64,000 nt of DNA, taken from assembly GCA_045106415.1 (NCBI GenBank), contig JBGCEP010000043.1, positions 1-64,000 of the forward strand, in the 5' to 3' direction. The notes beneath the pieces were generated by a model. That model saw only the letters and a list, made by a program, of their open reading frames with translations, ran no database searches and was not told where the DNA came from. Positions within the stretch are counted from its first letter, which is position 1, and every line of letters starts with the position of its first letter. The translations under genes were made by a program, and so were the position numbers. Source of the stretch: Oligoflexales bacterium. GTDB lineage: Bacteria; Bdellovibrionota_B; Oligoflexia; Oligoflexales; Bog-1112. Shown one piece after another: positions 28,111 through 38,469 of the stretch.

Positions 28111-30416
28111 AAGATAAAAACTGGTTCAAAGAACTTTTTCTATGTTGCCTCTTAGGTGCTATGCCTTCTTATGCAGAAAAAATTCAATCCATCATCATTC
28201 AAGGCAATGCGAAAGTTGAGCAAGACGCTATTCTTCTTCTAATGAAAACCAAGGTAGGACAATCGATACAGCCTTCAATAGTTCAGCAAGACATCCGAGA
28301 ACTGTATACTCTTGGCTATTTTTCAAACATTCAAATCGATCAAAGGAAAACAACTCAAGGCCTAGAGCTTCGTGTCACTGTTCAAGAAAAACCTGCGATT
28401 AGTGCGATTGAATTTCAAGGCCTTGATCAACTCACAGAGGAAGATTTAGCTGACGTCGTTCAAACTAAAGTTTTCACCATTATTCATGAATCAACCATTA
28501 CAAATGACTTACAGCTCATTGAAAAGCAATATGCCCAAAAAGGCTATTACCTTGCCTCTATCTATTACGAATTAGTTAATGACGGAAAAGATAAAGTCAA
28601 AGTCGTTTTTCATGTCCATGAAGGACAAATTGTCAAAATTGGCTCTGTAGATATTTTAGGGAATCACAGTTTTTCCACCACACGCCTCCTAGAGAATATG
28701 CTTGGGAAACCCTCTTCTCGCTCAAGTGCTTTTGGTTCAGCCTCACTTTATCAAGAAGCTATGATTCAACGTGACGCTATGTTTCTTGATTTTTACTATC
28801 GAGACAAAGGTTACGCTGAAGTTAAAGTTGAAGACCCTCAAATTACACTCGACCCCGATCAAGCTCATGTCCGTATTGTTTATCAACTCGAAGAGGGACT
28901 GCAGTACACGATCGATCAAATCGAATTTCAAGGAGATCTTTTATACCCTAAAGAAGAACTTCTTGAGTGGATGCAATTAAAATCCAATGACATTTTTTCT
29001 CACTCCAAGTTTATTCAAGACATTGAAATGCTCAAAGATAAATACGGTGATTTTGGTTTTGCATATGCAGACATCAATCCCATCCCACAGTTTGATAGAA
29101 AAAACTCAACTGTTAAGTTGAAATACAATATCTCTAAAGGTGAAAAAGTATATTTTGGTCGCATGAAAATCACAGGAAATACGAAAACTCGGGACAACGT
29201 CATTCGTCGTGAGCTTAAAATTCACGACAGCGAACTATACAGTGGAACGAAACTCACGGAATCACGCCAAAACATACAACGCCTAGGGTTTTTCGAACAA
29301 GTCAAAGTCTTAAGAGAAAGAGACCACAACGACACTCAAAAACTCAACCTTAACTTTAAAGTTGAAGAAAAAAGAACAGGCCAACTTAATTTATCCCTTG
29401 GGTATAATCCGGCCTCTGGCGGCAATCAAGCGAATTTATTTGGGACAGGAACCTACGAAGAAAAAAATCAATTTGGGCGAGGATGGGCCGCCTCTGTAAA
29501 AGCTGAAACAGATGGCAAAAAGAAGAAAAAAATAAGCCTCGGATTTGCAAACCCCCGTGTTTACGACTCACACTGGTCTACACGTTTTAACCTTGCACTT
29601 GATCAAAGTACAATACGACCTCAAGACAAAGAAATTCTCCAACACACCCGGAGCGGAAGCACCCAGGTTGGCCGAACCGTGTTAGATCTTGCTCACCTTT
29701 CTTTTGGTTATGAATACCGCATTAAAACTAACCCTGAAAAAGTCTTTATTCTTGACCAATTCAATGTCTTCGGAACTTGGTCAAGCCTATGGAGCGAACT
29801 TCATCATCAAAGTTTAGATAACAACCTTGACCCCAACTCAGGGCTCGACATTGCTTTACGCCACACTCTCACAGGTGGACCTATTGGAGGTGACTTCCAA
29901 TATATGGAAACAAAGCTCGTCAGTAAATACTACATCCCTGTGCGCTTCACAGAGTCTTTTATTAACGTATTCCGCATTCATATGACGATAGGGCGCCTAT
30001 GGTCATTTGAGGGAGAACCTTTACCTGCCGCTGCTCGTTATAAACTAGGCGGCCAAGATGACATGCGTGGATTTAATATTCAGAGCATTGGGCCTACTTA
30101 CCAAATCCTTAGAGCACCAGGCGGTCCGAGTAGTTCTATTGTAGCTGGCGGAGACAAACACATTCTATTTCAATTTGAATACTTCATTCCACTCTTACCA
30201 GAGGCTGGGATTAAATCATTTTTCTTTGCTGACGTTGGACAGGTGTTTGCAAATCATCAACAATATAGCTTGAATTGGGAAAGCTATTACAAAGATATAG
30301 GTTTTGGGTTTCGTTGGATGACTCCAATTGGCCCCATGCGATTTGAATGGGCATATCCAATCCAAAACGATGGTCGTATTGGTGGAGCTGTTCCTATTAT
30401 TAAAATTGGTATTTAA
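28107..30416 (+). CDS. bamA: Outer membrane protein assembly factor BamA
   Basis: POTRA repeats (GNTKTRDNVIRRE), MRGF motif, RWMTPIGPMRFEWAYP. Confidence 0.95.
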   Translation: MKDKNWFKELFLCCLLGAMPSYAEKIQSIIIQGNAKVEQDAILLLMKTKVGQSIQPSIVQQDIRELYTLGYFSNIQIDQRKTTQGLELRVTVQEKPAISAIEFQGLDQLTEEDLADVVQTKVFTIIHESTITNDLQLIEKQYAQKGYYLASIYYELVNDGKDKVKVVFHVHEGQIVKIGSVDILGNHSFSTTRLLENMLGKPSSRSSAFGSASLYQEAMIQRDAMFLDFYYRDKGYAEVKVEDPQITLDPDQAHVRIVYQLEEGLQYTIDQIEFQGDLLYPKEELLEWMQLKSNDIFSHSKFIQDIEMLKDKYGDFGFAYADINPIPQFDRKNSTVKLKYNISKGEKVYFGRMKITGNTKTRDNVIRRELKIHDSELYSGTKLTESRQNIQRLGFFEQVKVLRERDHNDTQKLNLNFKVEEKRTGQLNLSLGYNPASGGNQANLFGTGTYEEKNQFGRGWAASVKAETDGKKKKKISLGFANPRVYDSHWSTRFNLALDQSTIRPQDKEILQHTRSGSTQVGRTVLDLAHLSFGYEYRIKTNPEKVFILDQFNVFGTWSSLWSELHHQSLDNNLDPNSGLDIALRHTLTGGPIGGDFQYMETKLVSKYYIPVRFTESFINVFRIHMTIGRLWSFEGEPLPAAARYKLGGQDDMRGFNIQSIGPTYQILRAPGGPSSSIVAGGDKHILFQFEYFIPLLPEAGIKSFFFADVGQVFANHQQYSLNWESYYKDIGFGFRWMTPIGPMRFEWAYPIQNDGRIGGAVPIIKIGI

Positions 30417-30425
30417 GGAGAAAAC

Positions 30426-30986
30426 ATGCGTCTTAACAGAAAAACTTGCAAAACCCTTTTGTCAGCTCTTGCTCTCAGCCTCTCTTTCCAGGCACAAGCA
30501 ACAACCCCTAAAACTGGCTATGTCAGCATGGGCCGGCTGATTCAAACCTCTACAGAAGGCAAGCAAGCACTCGCAGATCTGCAACAAGTCATCTCTCAGA
30601 AACAAGCAGATCTAGCCGAACAAAGAAAAGGCATCGAAGGCATGTTTCGCGAATGGGAAGAAAAACAAGCTCTTTTAAGCGAAGAAGCAAAAAAATCTGA
30701 AGAACGCGCTTTCCAAGAAAAAGTACAAAGAAAAGCCATGGAAATGAAACAAGCAGAAATGATGATTTCTGAAGAAGTTCAACAACGTCAAAGAGAAATT
30801 GCAGAAAAAATGCGCCAAAAATTAGAAAGTATGCTTGCTCTCACAGAGCAAGGCCGCAATCTAGACTTTGTCATTGACCCAGATACAGGTGCCATTCTAT
30901 ATGCAAAAAACGCTTCTTCATTAACAGATGCAATGATCGATCAGTACAATAAAAACTTTAAGCTCGCTCAGACTAAAGGAAAATAA
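30426..30986 (+). CDS. skp: Skp/OmpH periplasmic chaperone
   Basis: Signal peptide, GYVSM, long coiled coil, position after bamA. Confidence 0.85.
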   Translation: MRLNRKTCKTLLSALALSLSFQAQATTPKTGYVSMGRLIQTSTEGKQALADLQQVISQKQADLAEQRKGIEGMFREWEEKQALLSEEAKKSEERAFQEKVQRKAMEMKQAEMMISEEVQQRQREIAEKMRQKLESMLALTEQGRNLDFVIDPDTGAILYAKNASSLTDAMIDQYNKNFKLAQTKGK

Positions 30987-31423
30987 TGACTGTCGTGACT
31001 TTGCCACTAAATCGGCTTGATATTCAAAAATGGATTCCTCATCGAGAACCCATGCTGATGCTTGATCGCATTACAGAATATCATTCAGGTCACAGCATTA
31101 CCGCAGAAAAAATTTTCTACAACGAAGACCCTGTTGCAAAGGGCCACTTCCCCGATCATCCAGTTTTTCCAGGTGTTTTAATGATTGAGGGAATGGCTCA
31201 GGCTTCTGCTGTTTTTGGAGCTTTTGAAATGGATGGATTCAAAGAATGTTTACTTGCACAGGTGAAATCTGCTCGCTTTCGCAGACCTGTCACACCTGAA
31301 GAAACGATTGTTTATCAGGTTGAATTTAAAAAGCGTCGTCAAGATTTTAGTTGGTTTTTTGGTCGTGCAACAGTTGGCTCAACAACTGTTGCTGAGGTAG
31401 AATTTTCTGCACTGATTCGTTAA
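30986..31423 (+). CDS. fabZ: 3-hydroxyacyl-ACP dehydratase
   Basis: IPHREPMLMLDR, GHFPDHPVFPGVLMIEGMAQ. Confidence 0.95.
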   Translation: MTVVTLPLNRLDIQKWIPHREPMLMLDRITEYHSGHSITAEKIFYNEDPVAKGHFPDHPVFPGVLMIEGMAQASAVFGAFEMDGFKECLLAQVKSARFRRPVTPEETIVYQVEFKKRRQDFSWFFGRATVGSTTVAEVEFSALIR

Positions 31424-31437
31424 ACGGAGAGACATCT

Positions 31438-32271
31438 ATGACAATGACAGAAACACGAGTCCACCCCAGCGCAGTCGTTGATCCTAAAGCAGAGCTCGGA
31501 ACAGGTGTCCAAATTGGCCCAGGGTGCGTCATCGGCCCTGACGTCACCATTGGTGACAACACACGCCTTGATTCTTATGTCATTGTTTCTGGCAATGTTC
31601 AAATTGGCCAATCCAATCATATTTATTCTTTTGCAACTCTCGGTTCAGACCCACAAGATTTAAAATACAAAGGAGAACCGACCTCTCTTATTTGCGGAGA
31701 CCACAACCTCATCCGCGAATATGCCAATCTTTCTCTAGGCACGATACAAGGTGGCGGGGTTACAGAAGTGGGTAGTCATAATTTATTCATGGTTCATACT
31801 CACATTGCTCATGATTGTAAAATTGGCAGTCACTGTATTTTCGCAAATTCGGTCTCCCTGGGTGGGCACATAGAAGTATGCGACCATGTCGTTATGGGTG
31901 GACACGTTGGAGCTCATCAATTCGTACGCGTCGGCGAACACGCTATGGTTGGTGGTATGTCAGCACTCACTCAAGATGTCCCTCCTTTTTTCACAGTCCA
32001 AGGAAATCACGCTTCACCGTGCGGCCTTAATATCGTCGGTCTTCGAAGATCAGGTTTTGATTCTCGCAGAATTCAATGCATTAAAGACATGTACAAAACT
32101 CTCTACCGTTCCAACTTAACTATGGATGAGGCGTGTCAAAAAATATCGCAACAGTTTGAAGATGAAGACGATGCAAAAACACTTACAAGTTTTCTGAGTC
32201 AATCTACTCGCGGAATATGTCGACCTTCCATTCGTTCTCAGCCTCGCCGAGAAGGTGCGATGCATGCCTAG
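31438..32271 (+). CDS. lpxA: UDP-GlcNAc acyltransferase LpxA
   Basis: Hexapeptide repeats, PQDLKYKGE, HIAHDC, HQFVRVG. Confidence 0.96.
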   Translation: MTMTETRVHPSAVVDPKAELGTGVQIGPGCVIGPDVTIGDNTRLDSYVIVSGNVQIGQSNHIYSFATLGSDPQDLKYKGEPTSLICGDHNLIREYANLSLGTIQGGGVTEVGSHNLFMVHTHIAHDCKIGSHCIFANSVSLGGHIEVCDHVVMGGHVGAHQFVRVGEHAMVGGMSALTQDVPPFFTVQGNHASPCGLNIVGLRRSGFDSRRIQCIKDMYKTLYRSNLTMDEACQKISQQFEDEDDAKTLTSFLSQSTRGICRPSIRSQPRREGAMHA

Positions 32272-33388
32272 AACATCTCCTGAAATCTTCCTTTCCGCCG
32301 GGGAGGTTTCCGGGGATCGACTCGCCTCTGAACTCATCTTGCAGCTCAAAAAAAATGGTTTTCAACATTTTTATGGCGTCACTGGGGAGTTCATGAGAAG
32401 GCTCGGCGTCAAGACTCTCATCCCACAGGAAAAATTTCGAGTCATGGGCCTTTTTCAAGTTTTATTAAAGGCTTGTTCCATTTATCAAATAGAACAACAG
32501 CTCATACATCATATTCAAAAAAAACGCCCTGATCTTGTCATTCTTATTGACTTCCCAGGCCTTCATCTTCGCCTTGCAAAACAGTGCCGCGACCTTAATA
32601 TTCCTGTCTTTCAGTATGTATCACCAAAAGTCTGGGCTTGGGGAAAAAAACGAATTCGCAACTTAGAGAACGACTACCTAAAGGTTCTCGGTGTTTTACC
32701 TTTTGAAATCGATTTCTTTCAAAACACGAGAGTTCCTTATATCTTCGTAGGAAGCCCTCACTTAAAAAGAATTGATGACAACGAAACTCAACACTCACCG
32801 AACACAATCACTTCACCTTGTCTAGCTATTCTGTTAGGAAGTCGTCGTGATGAAATCACACGCATGCTACCCATTGTTCACAACACTCTCAAATACTTAC
32901 TTTCTCATATTCCAGATCTTAGGATCACAATCCCTATTGCCGCAAATGAGTTTGAAAATGATATAAAAAAGGGATTACAAGAGTATCCACAAATCACCTT
33001 TTTTAACGGTCAAAGCTTAGGTGTCATGAAAAATGCGCATGCTGCACTTGTTAACTCAGGTACCGCTACGCTTGAATGCGCATTAGTTGGAACTCCGATG
33101 GTTGTTTGCTACCGAATGGACCGTTTGACACACTGGGTGGCTTCAAAATTCATTCAAGTCAAATGGGCAAGCCTAGTGAATCTTATTCTACAAAAAACTG
33201 CAGTCCCTGAGTTTATTCAAAATTTTTCCAATAAAGAACTTGCCTATACTCTCCAACAACTTTTAAATCCTGAATCTTCTGAAGCACAAGCACAAATAAA
33301 ATCATTCATAGAACTTCGCAAACGCCTCTCTCCTCCAACATCTGGAGATGCGGCTACTATCATCACTGATTTTCTACAAAGACATTAA
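32264..33388 (+). CDS. lpxB: Lipid A disaccharide synthase
   Basis: AGEVSGD, IDFPG, YVSPKVWAW, LGSRRDE, SGTATLE. Confidence 0.95.
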   Translation: MPRTSPEIFLSAGEVSGDRLASELILQLKKNGFQHFYGVTGEFMRRLGVKTLIPQEKFRVMGLFQVLLKACSIYQIEQQLIHHIQKKRPDLVILIDFPGLHLRLAKQCRDLNIPVFQYVSPKVWAWGKKRIRNLENDYLKVLGVLPFEIDFFQNTRVPYIFVGSPHLKRIDDNETQHSPNTITSPCLAILLGSRRDEITRMLPIVHNTLKYLLSHIPDLRITIPIAANEFENDIKKGLQEYPQITFFNGQSLGVMKNAHAALVNSGTATLECALVGTPMVVCYRMDRLTHWVASKFIQVKWASLVNLILQKTAVPEFIQNFSNKELAYTLQQLLNPESSEAQAQIKSFIELRKRLSPPTSGDAATIITDFLQRH

Positions 33389-33390
33389 CC

Positions 33391-35136
33391 ATGCAAGATC
33401 CAGTATTAAAACTTTTATTTAAATTACTCTCCCAACAAAAAAAGACTATTCTATTCTCATTTTTTTGTTTGCTCTGGATGGCTTTAGGCCATGGAGCGCT
33501 TCTCACTCTTATGGGACCTTTTGTTCAAAGCCTCACAGGGCAGAACTCTGAAGTTCCCGCGTGGACACAGTGGCTTTTTAAAAACCAAAAAACATCTTGG
33601 TCTCTTCAAATTCCTTTCGCACTCATTTTCGCCGGAATCATTAAGTCTACAGGAAGCTATGGTTATCAATGGCTCTCATCAAGCATTGCCATACAGACAA
33701 CATCCCTTTATCGCACACAATTATTCAAAGGGCTTCTTTCCTGTGATTTTGAGGACATTCAAAAAAAATCGCCCGGGACATGGATGTCGATTCTTATGAC
33801 AGATGCACAAGTTTTACAAAAACAGGTTGTTGAGTCTTTAAGCGCCAGTGTTCGAGATTCAATCTTAATTTTAGCTTCATGGACAACGCTTGCATATGTC
33901 CATCCAGCATCAGCTTTATCACTTCTTCTCATAGGCCCTATTTTGGCTTCTATCATGGGAGTTGTAGGAAATAAAATTAGTTATTTTGCCGATAATTACC
34001 AAAGATTGATGAGTGAACTTGCAGCTATTTTTTTTGATCAACGCCAGCGTTTCGACATGATTCGCTCTCAACACGCAGAACAAAATGAGCTCAAAAGGTT
34101 TCATAATAAAAACATGCAGCATTTTCATTATGTCAAAAAAAGTATTTTCATTCGTGCATCATTTGCACCAGTTTTAGAGTGGTTTGGATTTGGTATTTTT
34201 GCAGGATGGATTTGGTATATTCAATCATCAAAAAACCCTCCTCTTCAAGGACAGGATCTTGTTCTTTTTTTTGCAGCCCTTGGATCTATGCTAAGACCTC
34301 TAAAAGGCCTAGGAGAACAGGTAGGAAAAATCCAGGAAGTAAGAGGTGTCTTAAGCCATGGCCGCTCTCTCATTACGCAAAAAGAAACGTTAAAAACGAA
34401 ACCAGTAAAAAGCACTGTTTTCCCTACTCACATTACTTCTATAACTTTAGAACGTCTGCAATTTTCTCTCAAACTTCAAGATTTAAAGCTCTCACCACGT
34501 ACAGTCGCAGTTATCGGGCGAAGTGGATCTGGAAAATCAACATTTGCTCGCATATTAGCACACCTCATCAAACCCACATTATGGGATTCTCAGCTTTTAT
34601 GGGAAGATTTTTGCACACAAGTCACAATGGTGAGTCAAAAGCCATTTTTATTTCAAGGTTCACTTTATGAAAACCTGATCTATGGCTTGAATTATACTCC
34701 TTCTCAAGAAGACATGGATCACGTTCTTTGGGTTGTTGATATGAAAGATCACATTGATTCCCTTGCCGATGGCCTTCAAACCTATATTACAGCACTGAGT
34801 ACAAATTTCTCAGGAGGACAAAAACAAAGGCTCACACTCGCTCGCGGACTTCTCAGCCGGACGCCTATTCTTATTGTGGATGAAGTCACTTCATCGCTTG
34901 ATCAAAAGTGTGAAAATCTTGTTATTTCTAGACTGATTCAAACTTGTCAAAATCGCAAACAACTCCTGATCGCTATTACACATCGCCTTTCTTGGCTGCA
35001 CCAAGTAGACGATGTTTGGTGGATGGAAAATGGAACAATACGCCAAAAAGGGCCCCATTATGATCTTCAAGGGAATTCATCTTATTGTGAATTTATTCAA
35101 GATACAGATAGAAAAACACATTTGGCAATCACGTAA
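33391..35136 (+). CDS. msbA: MsbA-like ABC exporter
   Basis: TM domain plus NBD (GRSGSGKST, FSGGQKQR, DEVTSSLD); sits between lpxB and lpxK; divergent. Confidence 0.75.
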   Translation: MQDPVLKLLFKLLSQQKKTILFSFFCLLWMALGHGALLTLMGPFVQSLTGQNSEVPAWTQWLFKNQKTSWSLQIPFALIFAGIIKSTGSYGYQWLSSSIAIQTTSLYRTQLFKGLLSCDFEDIQKKSPGTWMSILMTDAQVLQKQVVESLSASVRDSILILASWTTLAYVHPASALSLLLIGPILASIMGVVGNKISYFADNYQRLMSELAAIFFDQRQRFDMIRSQHAEQNELKRFHNKNMQHFHYVKKSIFIRASFAPVLEWFGFGIFAGWIWYIQSSKNPPLQGQDLVLFFAALGSMLRPLKGLGEQVGKIQEVRGVLSHGRSLITQKETLKTKPVKSTVFPTHITSITLERLQFSLKLQDLKLSPRTVAVIGRSGSGKSTFARILAHLIKPTLWDSQLLWEDFCTQVTMVSQKPFLFQGSLYENLIYGLNYTPSQEDMDHVLWVVDMKDHIDSLADGLQTYITALSTNFSGGQKQRLTLARGLLSRTPILIVDEVTSSLDQKCENLVISRLIQTCQNRKQLLIAITHRLSWLHQVDDVWWMENGTIRQKGPHYDLQGNSSYCEFIQDTDRKTHLAIT

Positions 35137-36151
35137 AGAACAAAATTTAGCTCTACAAATATTCACATACCCTCTAAGCTTGCTATATGAGAATATTTTA
35201 AATATCAGACGATTTGCTTATAAATATAAGCTTATCTCAACACACAAATTACCTGGAATAACGATATCTATTGGTAATTTAGTTGTTGGAGGTTCTGGGA
35301 AATCTCCAACAGCAATATGGCTTGCTCAAGAACTCCAAAAAAAAGGTTTGAACATTGTTGTTCTTAGCCGAGGCTATGGATCTAAAATACAAAAAAAAGA
35401 ATACCTTTGGTTTTCTCAGGGTAAGATAAAAAGAGCTCGCAACCGTCTTAAACTCAATTGCGATGAACCGTTAATGATTTCAGAACAAGCGAAAACCAAT
35501 GTTATTGTTGGTATCAACCGAAAAAAGGCAGCCGAGTGGTTTTGTTCTTTTCATAAAACACCAGACATTTGGATTTTAGACGATGGTTTTCAACATCTAA
35601 AGCTCGAACAAGACCTCCGATTTGTTCTTATTGATGGAGAACAAGAATTTGGAAATAAGCAGCTTTTACCTTCAGGTCCTTTGCGAGAACCTTTAACTGC
35701 ACTTAAAAGAGCAACTCACCTTTTTATGAGCCGCGCAAATAACTTTGAGACTACTACTTGGAATGATCAAAACATTACACCCATCTGCTCTGATATTGAA
35801 ATCAAACCTTATCAACTAACCCATCTTGATAAAAATTTCAAAAATCCTCTTATCGCCTCAGGCATTGCAAGACCAGAGCGTTTTTTAAATCAAGTTTTAG
35901 ACAAAGAAAAGTTTCAGAAATACCGTTCTTATTTTGTGGCTGATCATAGCCGTTTTGACAAGCATTTTCTTATTGAAACATCCAGTCAACATTCTTGCGT
36001 AATCACTACCTGGAAAGATTTTTATCGTGATAAATCATGCTTTCAACAACTCAACGCACCTTTATACATCGCAGACCTCATATGGGAAGTCTCACCTCAA
36101 AAAAAAGATGGGATCATTTCAGAAATCATAAAACACACAACTCATCACTGA
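35087..36151 (+). CDS. lpxK: Tetraacyldisaccharide 4'-kinase
   Basis: IGNLVVGGSGKSP, LSRGYG, LDDGFQH, LPSGPLRE, TTWKD; start uncertain. Confidence 0.93.
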   Translation: MNLFKIQIEKHIWQSRKEQNLALQIFTYPLSLLYENILNIRRFAYKYKLISTHKLPGITISIGNLVVGGSGKSPTAIWLAQELQKKGLNIVVLSRGYGSKIQKKEYLWFSQGKIKRARNRLKLNCDEPLMISEQAKTNVIVGINRKKAAEWFCSFHKTPDIWILDDGFQHLKLEQDLRFVLIDGEQEFGNKQLLPSGPLREPLTALKRATHLFMSRANNFETTTWNDQNITPICSDIEIKPYQLTHLDKNFKNPLIASGIARPERFLNQVLDKEKFQKYRSYFVADHSRFDKHFLIETSSQHSCVITTWKDFYRDKSCFQQLNAPLYIADLIWEVSPQKKDGIISEIIKHTTHH

Positions 36152-36273
36152 ATTTTATTTCTTACGCCATTAATAGACTTAGGTATAAAATTCAGATGCA
36201 AATAATAATTGATCATGAGGCATGTTATCTGTAGTTGATATCCATTACAAACGTATGATATCGATAACTCTAC

Positions 36274-37224
36274 TTACTCTTCAACTTTCGCCCACTGAAG
36301 ATCTTCTATAACTTTACGCTCTCCTTTATCTAAAAAGATTGCTTCAACACTATCAAAGGTCTCACCGTTTTCTTGGTAGACACGCAAGCTCCAGAGTCCA
36401 GGTGGCAAGAAATGAAATCCAAATTTACCGTCTTCCTTTAATCTTGATCCCGCAAAGCCTTGATCACACAACCTTCGCTCAACCCCTAGAGGACGACCTC
36501 TTTTTCTCGAAGAAGGTTTTCTCGCTTTTCTTTTAAAATCTTTTACGCGAGGATTCAAATTTTCACTAAAATCCTTCTCTATATCTGCATTTATTAATGA
36601 TAAATTTGTATCATCCCGATACGCACAGACGTATCCTTTTTCAAGACCTTCTTTAAAAACACCTTGAATAGATGAGGCGCGCTTCTTATGAATAGCTGAA
36701 ATAATAGGATCAAAAACATAGCTGCCATCTTTTTCTTGAAGCGAACTAAATAGATCCATATGCAGAATAAAGGTGCCTCCTTCTGTCACCTCTAGAGCTT
36801 CTTCAATAAAAAGTGAGTCCGTGTCTTCTTCTGTAATTCTAGGGATAAATTCTTCCCCTGATTTCAGAAAACGCACTGGCTTTTCTCTGGAGAAATTAAT
36901 AACATATCCTGTATAATTTCCTTTTGGTATAAGAGAGTTTTCTACAATTTCCTCTGTCAAACCGTCGCTCAATGACAATATATCTATAGGTTGTAAACCT
37001 TTTTCATTTAGCGCCAGATAAATCTCACGTCCATCTTCATGGACCATAGTCATCGATGTCATCGTAATAAAAATATTTTCAATGTCATCCAAAGGTCCAT
37101 CAGCAATCTCAATAGAAACCGCTAAAGATTCTTCATCTCCACCCCCTACATGAGGATTGCCAATTTCAACACCACCACAACGGAGAAGAAAGAATGTATA
37201 GATTAAGATCCAGGACGTTTTCAT
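36274..37224 (-). CDS. DUF4382-like lipoprotein
   Basis: LLRC lipobox followed by GGVEIGNP; IADGP.D..ENIFIT; IDILSL.DG; C-terminal carboxypeptidase-regulatory-like GKFGFHFLPPGLWSL. Confidence 0.65.
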   Translation of the reverse strand: MKTSWILIYTFFLLRCGGVEIGNPHVGGGDEESLAVSIEIADGPLDDIENIFITMTSMTMVHEDGREIYLALNEKGLQPIDILSLSDGLTEEIVENSLIPKGNYTGYVINFSREKPVRFLKSGEEFIPRITEEDTDSLFIEEALEVTEGGTFILHMDLFSSLQEKDGSYVFDPIISAIHKKRASSIQGVFKEGLEKGYVCAYRDDTNLSLINADIEKDFSENLNPRVKDFKRKARKPSSRKRGRPLGVERRLCDQGFAGSRLKEDGKFGFHFLPPGLWSLRVYQENGETFDSVEAIFLDKGERKVIEDLQWAKVEE

Positions 37225-38102
37225 TCGTCACCTCCAGAGACAATATCAGTATGAGTTAATGGGAAAAGCTGAATATTCACTTGCACAATATCGTCTGAAT
37301 GATCACAGCGATCTGCGTACTCCATGACTTTCTGACGAAACTCAGCTGTTAAGTCTTTCAAATCTTTCATTGATCCTTTAGGAACACTCACTGTCACCGA
37401 AGTAATATCTCTTAAACTTGGCTTTTCTTGAGATAAAGACTGACTTGCTAGGTGAATCATCGTTTGGTGATAACTCTGAACAGCCATCCCCCTGATTTCT
37501 CGCCCTGTTGAAAAACGATCTCGTGTAGGATACAAGCGTAATTTTTCTTCATCATAAGATATCCATTGCAAACTCTCTAACAACTCAAGAGAAGCCTGAA
37601 CCTTTGAAACAGGCACCCTAGGTTTTAAGACCGAAGCAATCCACTCTGGCTCATCTTTTACTCCATCAAGCCTCAGGAGCTCTAATATCGTCAAATGGTA
37701 CCACTCTGAAAAGATGTTTAAATTTTTCTTATCCCAGTGAGCACTTAAGCACCTCGATTTTAAATCTAGAAGACGACTCAAAGCTTCTTCTCTCTCTGCC
37801 GAGCTTTTAGCGTGCTGATAAACAACCAACTGCAGAAAATACTTTCGATTGTTACCCTTCATATTTAAAGAGTCCGCTAACTTTTTAGCGTTTTTAAAAC
37901 TCAAAGGGCGCGCAGAAATGACCACTTGATAAACAGTGTTGTTACGACCTAAGCCGCACAACTCAGTAAAATCAAGCCACGACATTTTTTTAACACTTTT
38001 CTTTAAAACACGATGGAAATCTTGGATAAAGATACGATAGTCCATATAGCTAGCGGCATAAACGGTATGATGTGTTTCTTCTATATCCGACTTAGTTACC
38101 AT
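37221..38102 (-). CDS. TIGR02147/DUF4423 family protein (N-terminal HTH-like)
   Basis: YMDYRIFIQD, FSEWYHLTILELL, EPEWIA, YHQTMI.LA, RDITSVT, VQVNIQLFPLT. Confidence 0.85.
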   Translation of the reverse strand: MVTKSDIEETHHTVYAASYMDYRIFIQDFHRVLKKSVKKMSWLDFTELCGLGRNNTVYQVVISARPLSFKNAKKLADSLNMKGNNRKYFLQLVVYQHAKSSAEREEALSRLLDLKSRCLSAHWDKKNLNIFSEWYHLTILELLRLDGVKDEPEWIASVLKPRVPVSKVQASLELLESLQWISYDEEKLRLYPTRDRFSTGREIRGMAVQSYHQTMIHLASQSLSQEKPSLRDITSVTVSVPKGSMKDLKDLTAEFRQKVMEYADRCDHSDDIVQVNIQLFPLTHTDIVSGGDE

Positions 38103-38123
38103 ACAGCCTCCCTTCACATTCTA

Positions 38124-38152
38124 TTATCGGCATAATTATGGATAAGATTTAG
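38124..38152 (-). promoter_or_regulatory. Sigma28/FliA-like promoter (near consensus)
   Basis: CTAAA-N16-GCCGATAA, followed by GGGAGG SD and ATG 38102. Confidence 0.7.
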
Positions 38153-38469
38153 TTTTTAAAAATCTATATATACAAGCACTTATCTCTTTATCTTAATTTT
38201 TTTAACAAAAAAGATGGATTTAAAAATCAAAAGAAAGACACGAAACATTATAACCAATTGATTTTAAATAAAAAATTATAACATAGGATTATAGCTCGTT
38301 TTAAAATCGTTACAAAAAAATCGCTAATATTATATCAGCATAACATTCAAATATCTGTTTTTATAAAAGATTAAAACTTTTTACTAATGCAAATAATATG
38401 AAGTTCCGATAAGAGCATCAGTTGTCAATGACGGCAACAAAAAACATTTTTTCAGAAAAAGGAATAACT

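Noticed and set aside
34179..34670. 163-aa alternative-frame ORF inside msbA, and similar nested short ORFs elsewhere
   Set aside because: Fully nested in well-supported genes with no motifs of their own.
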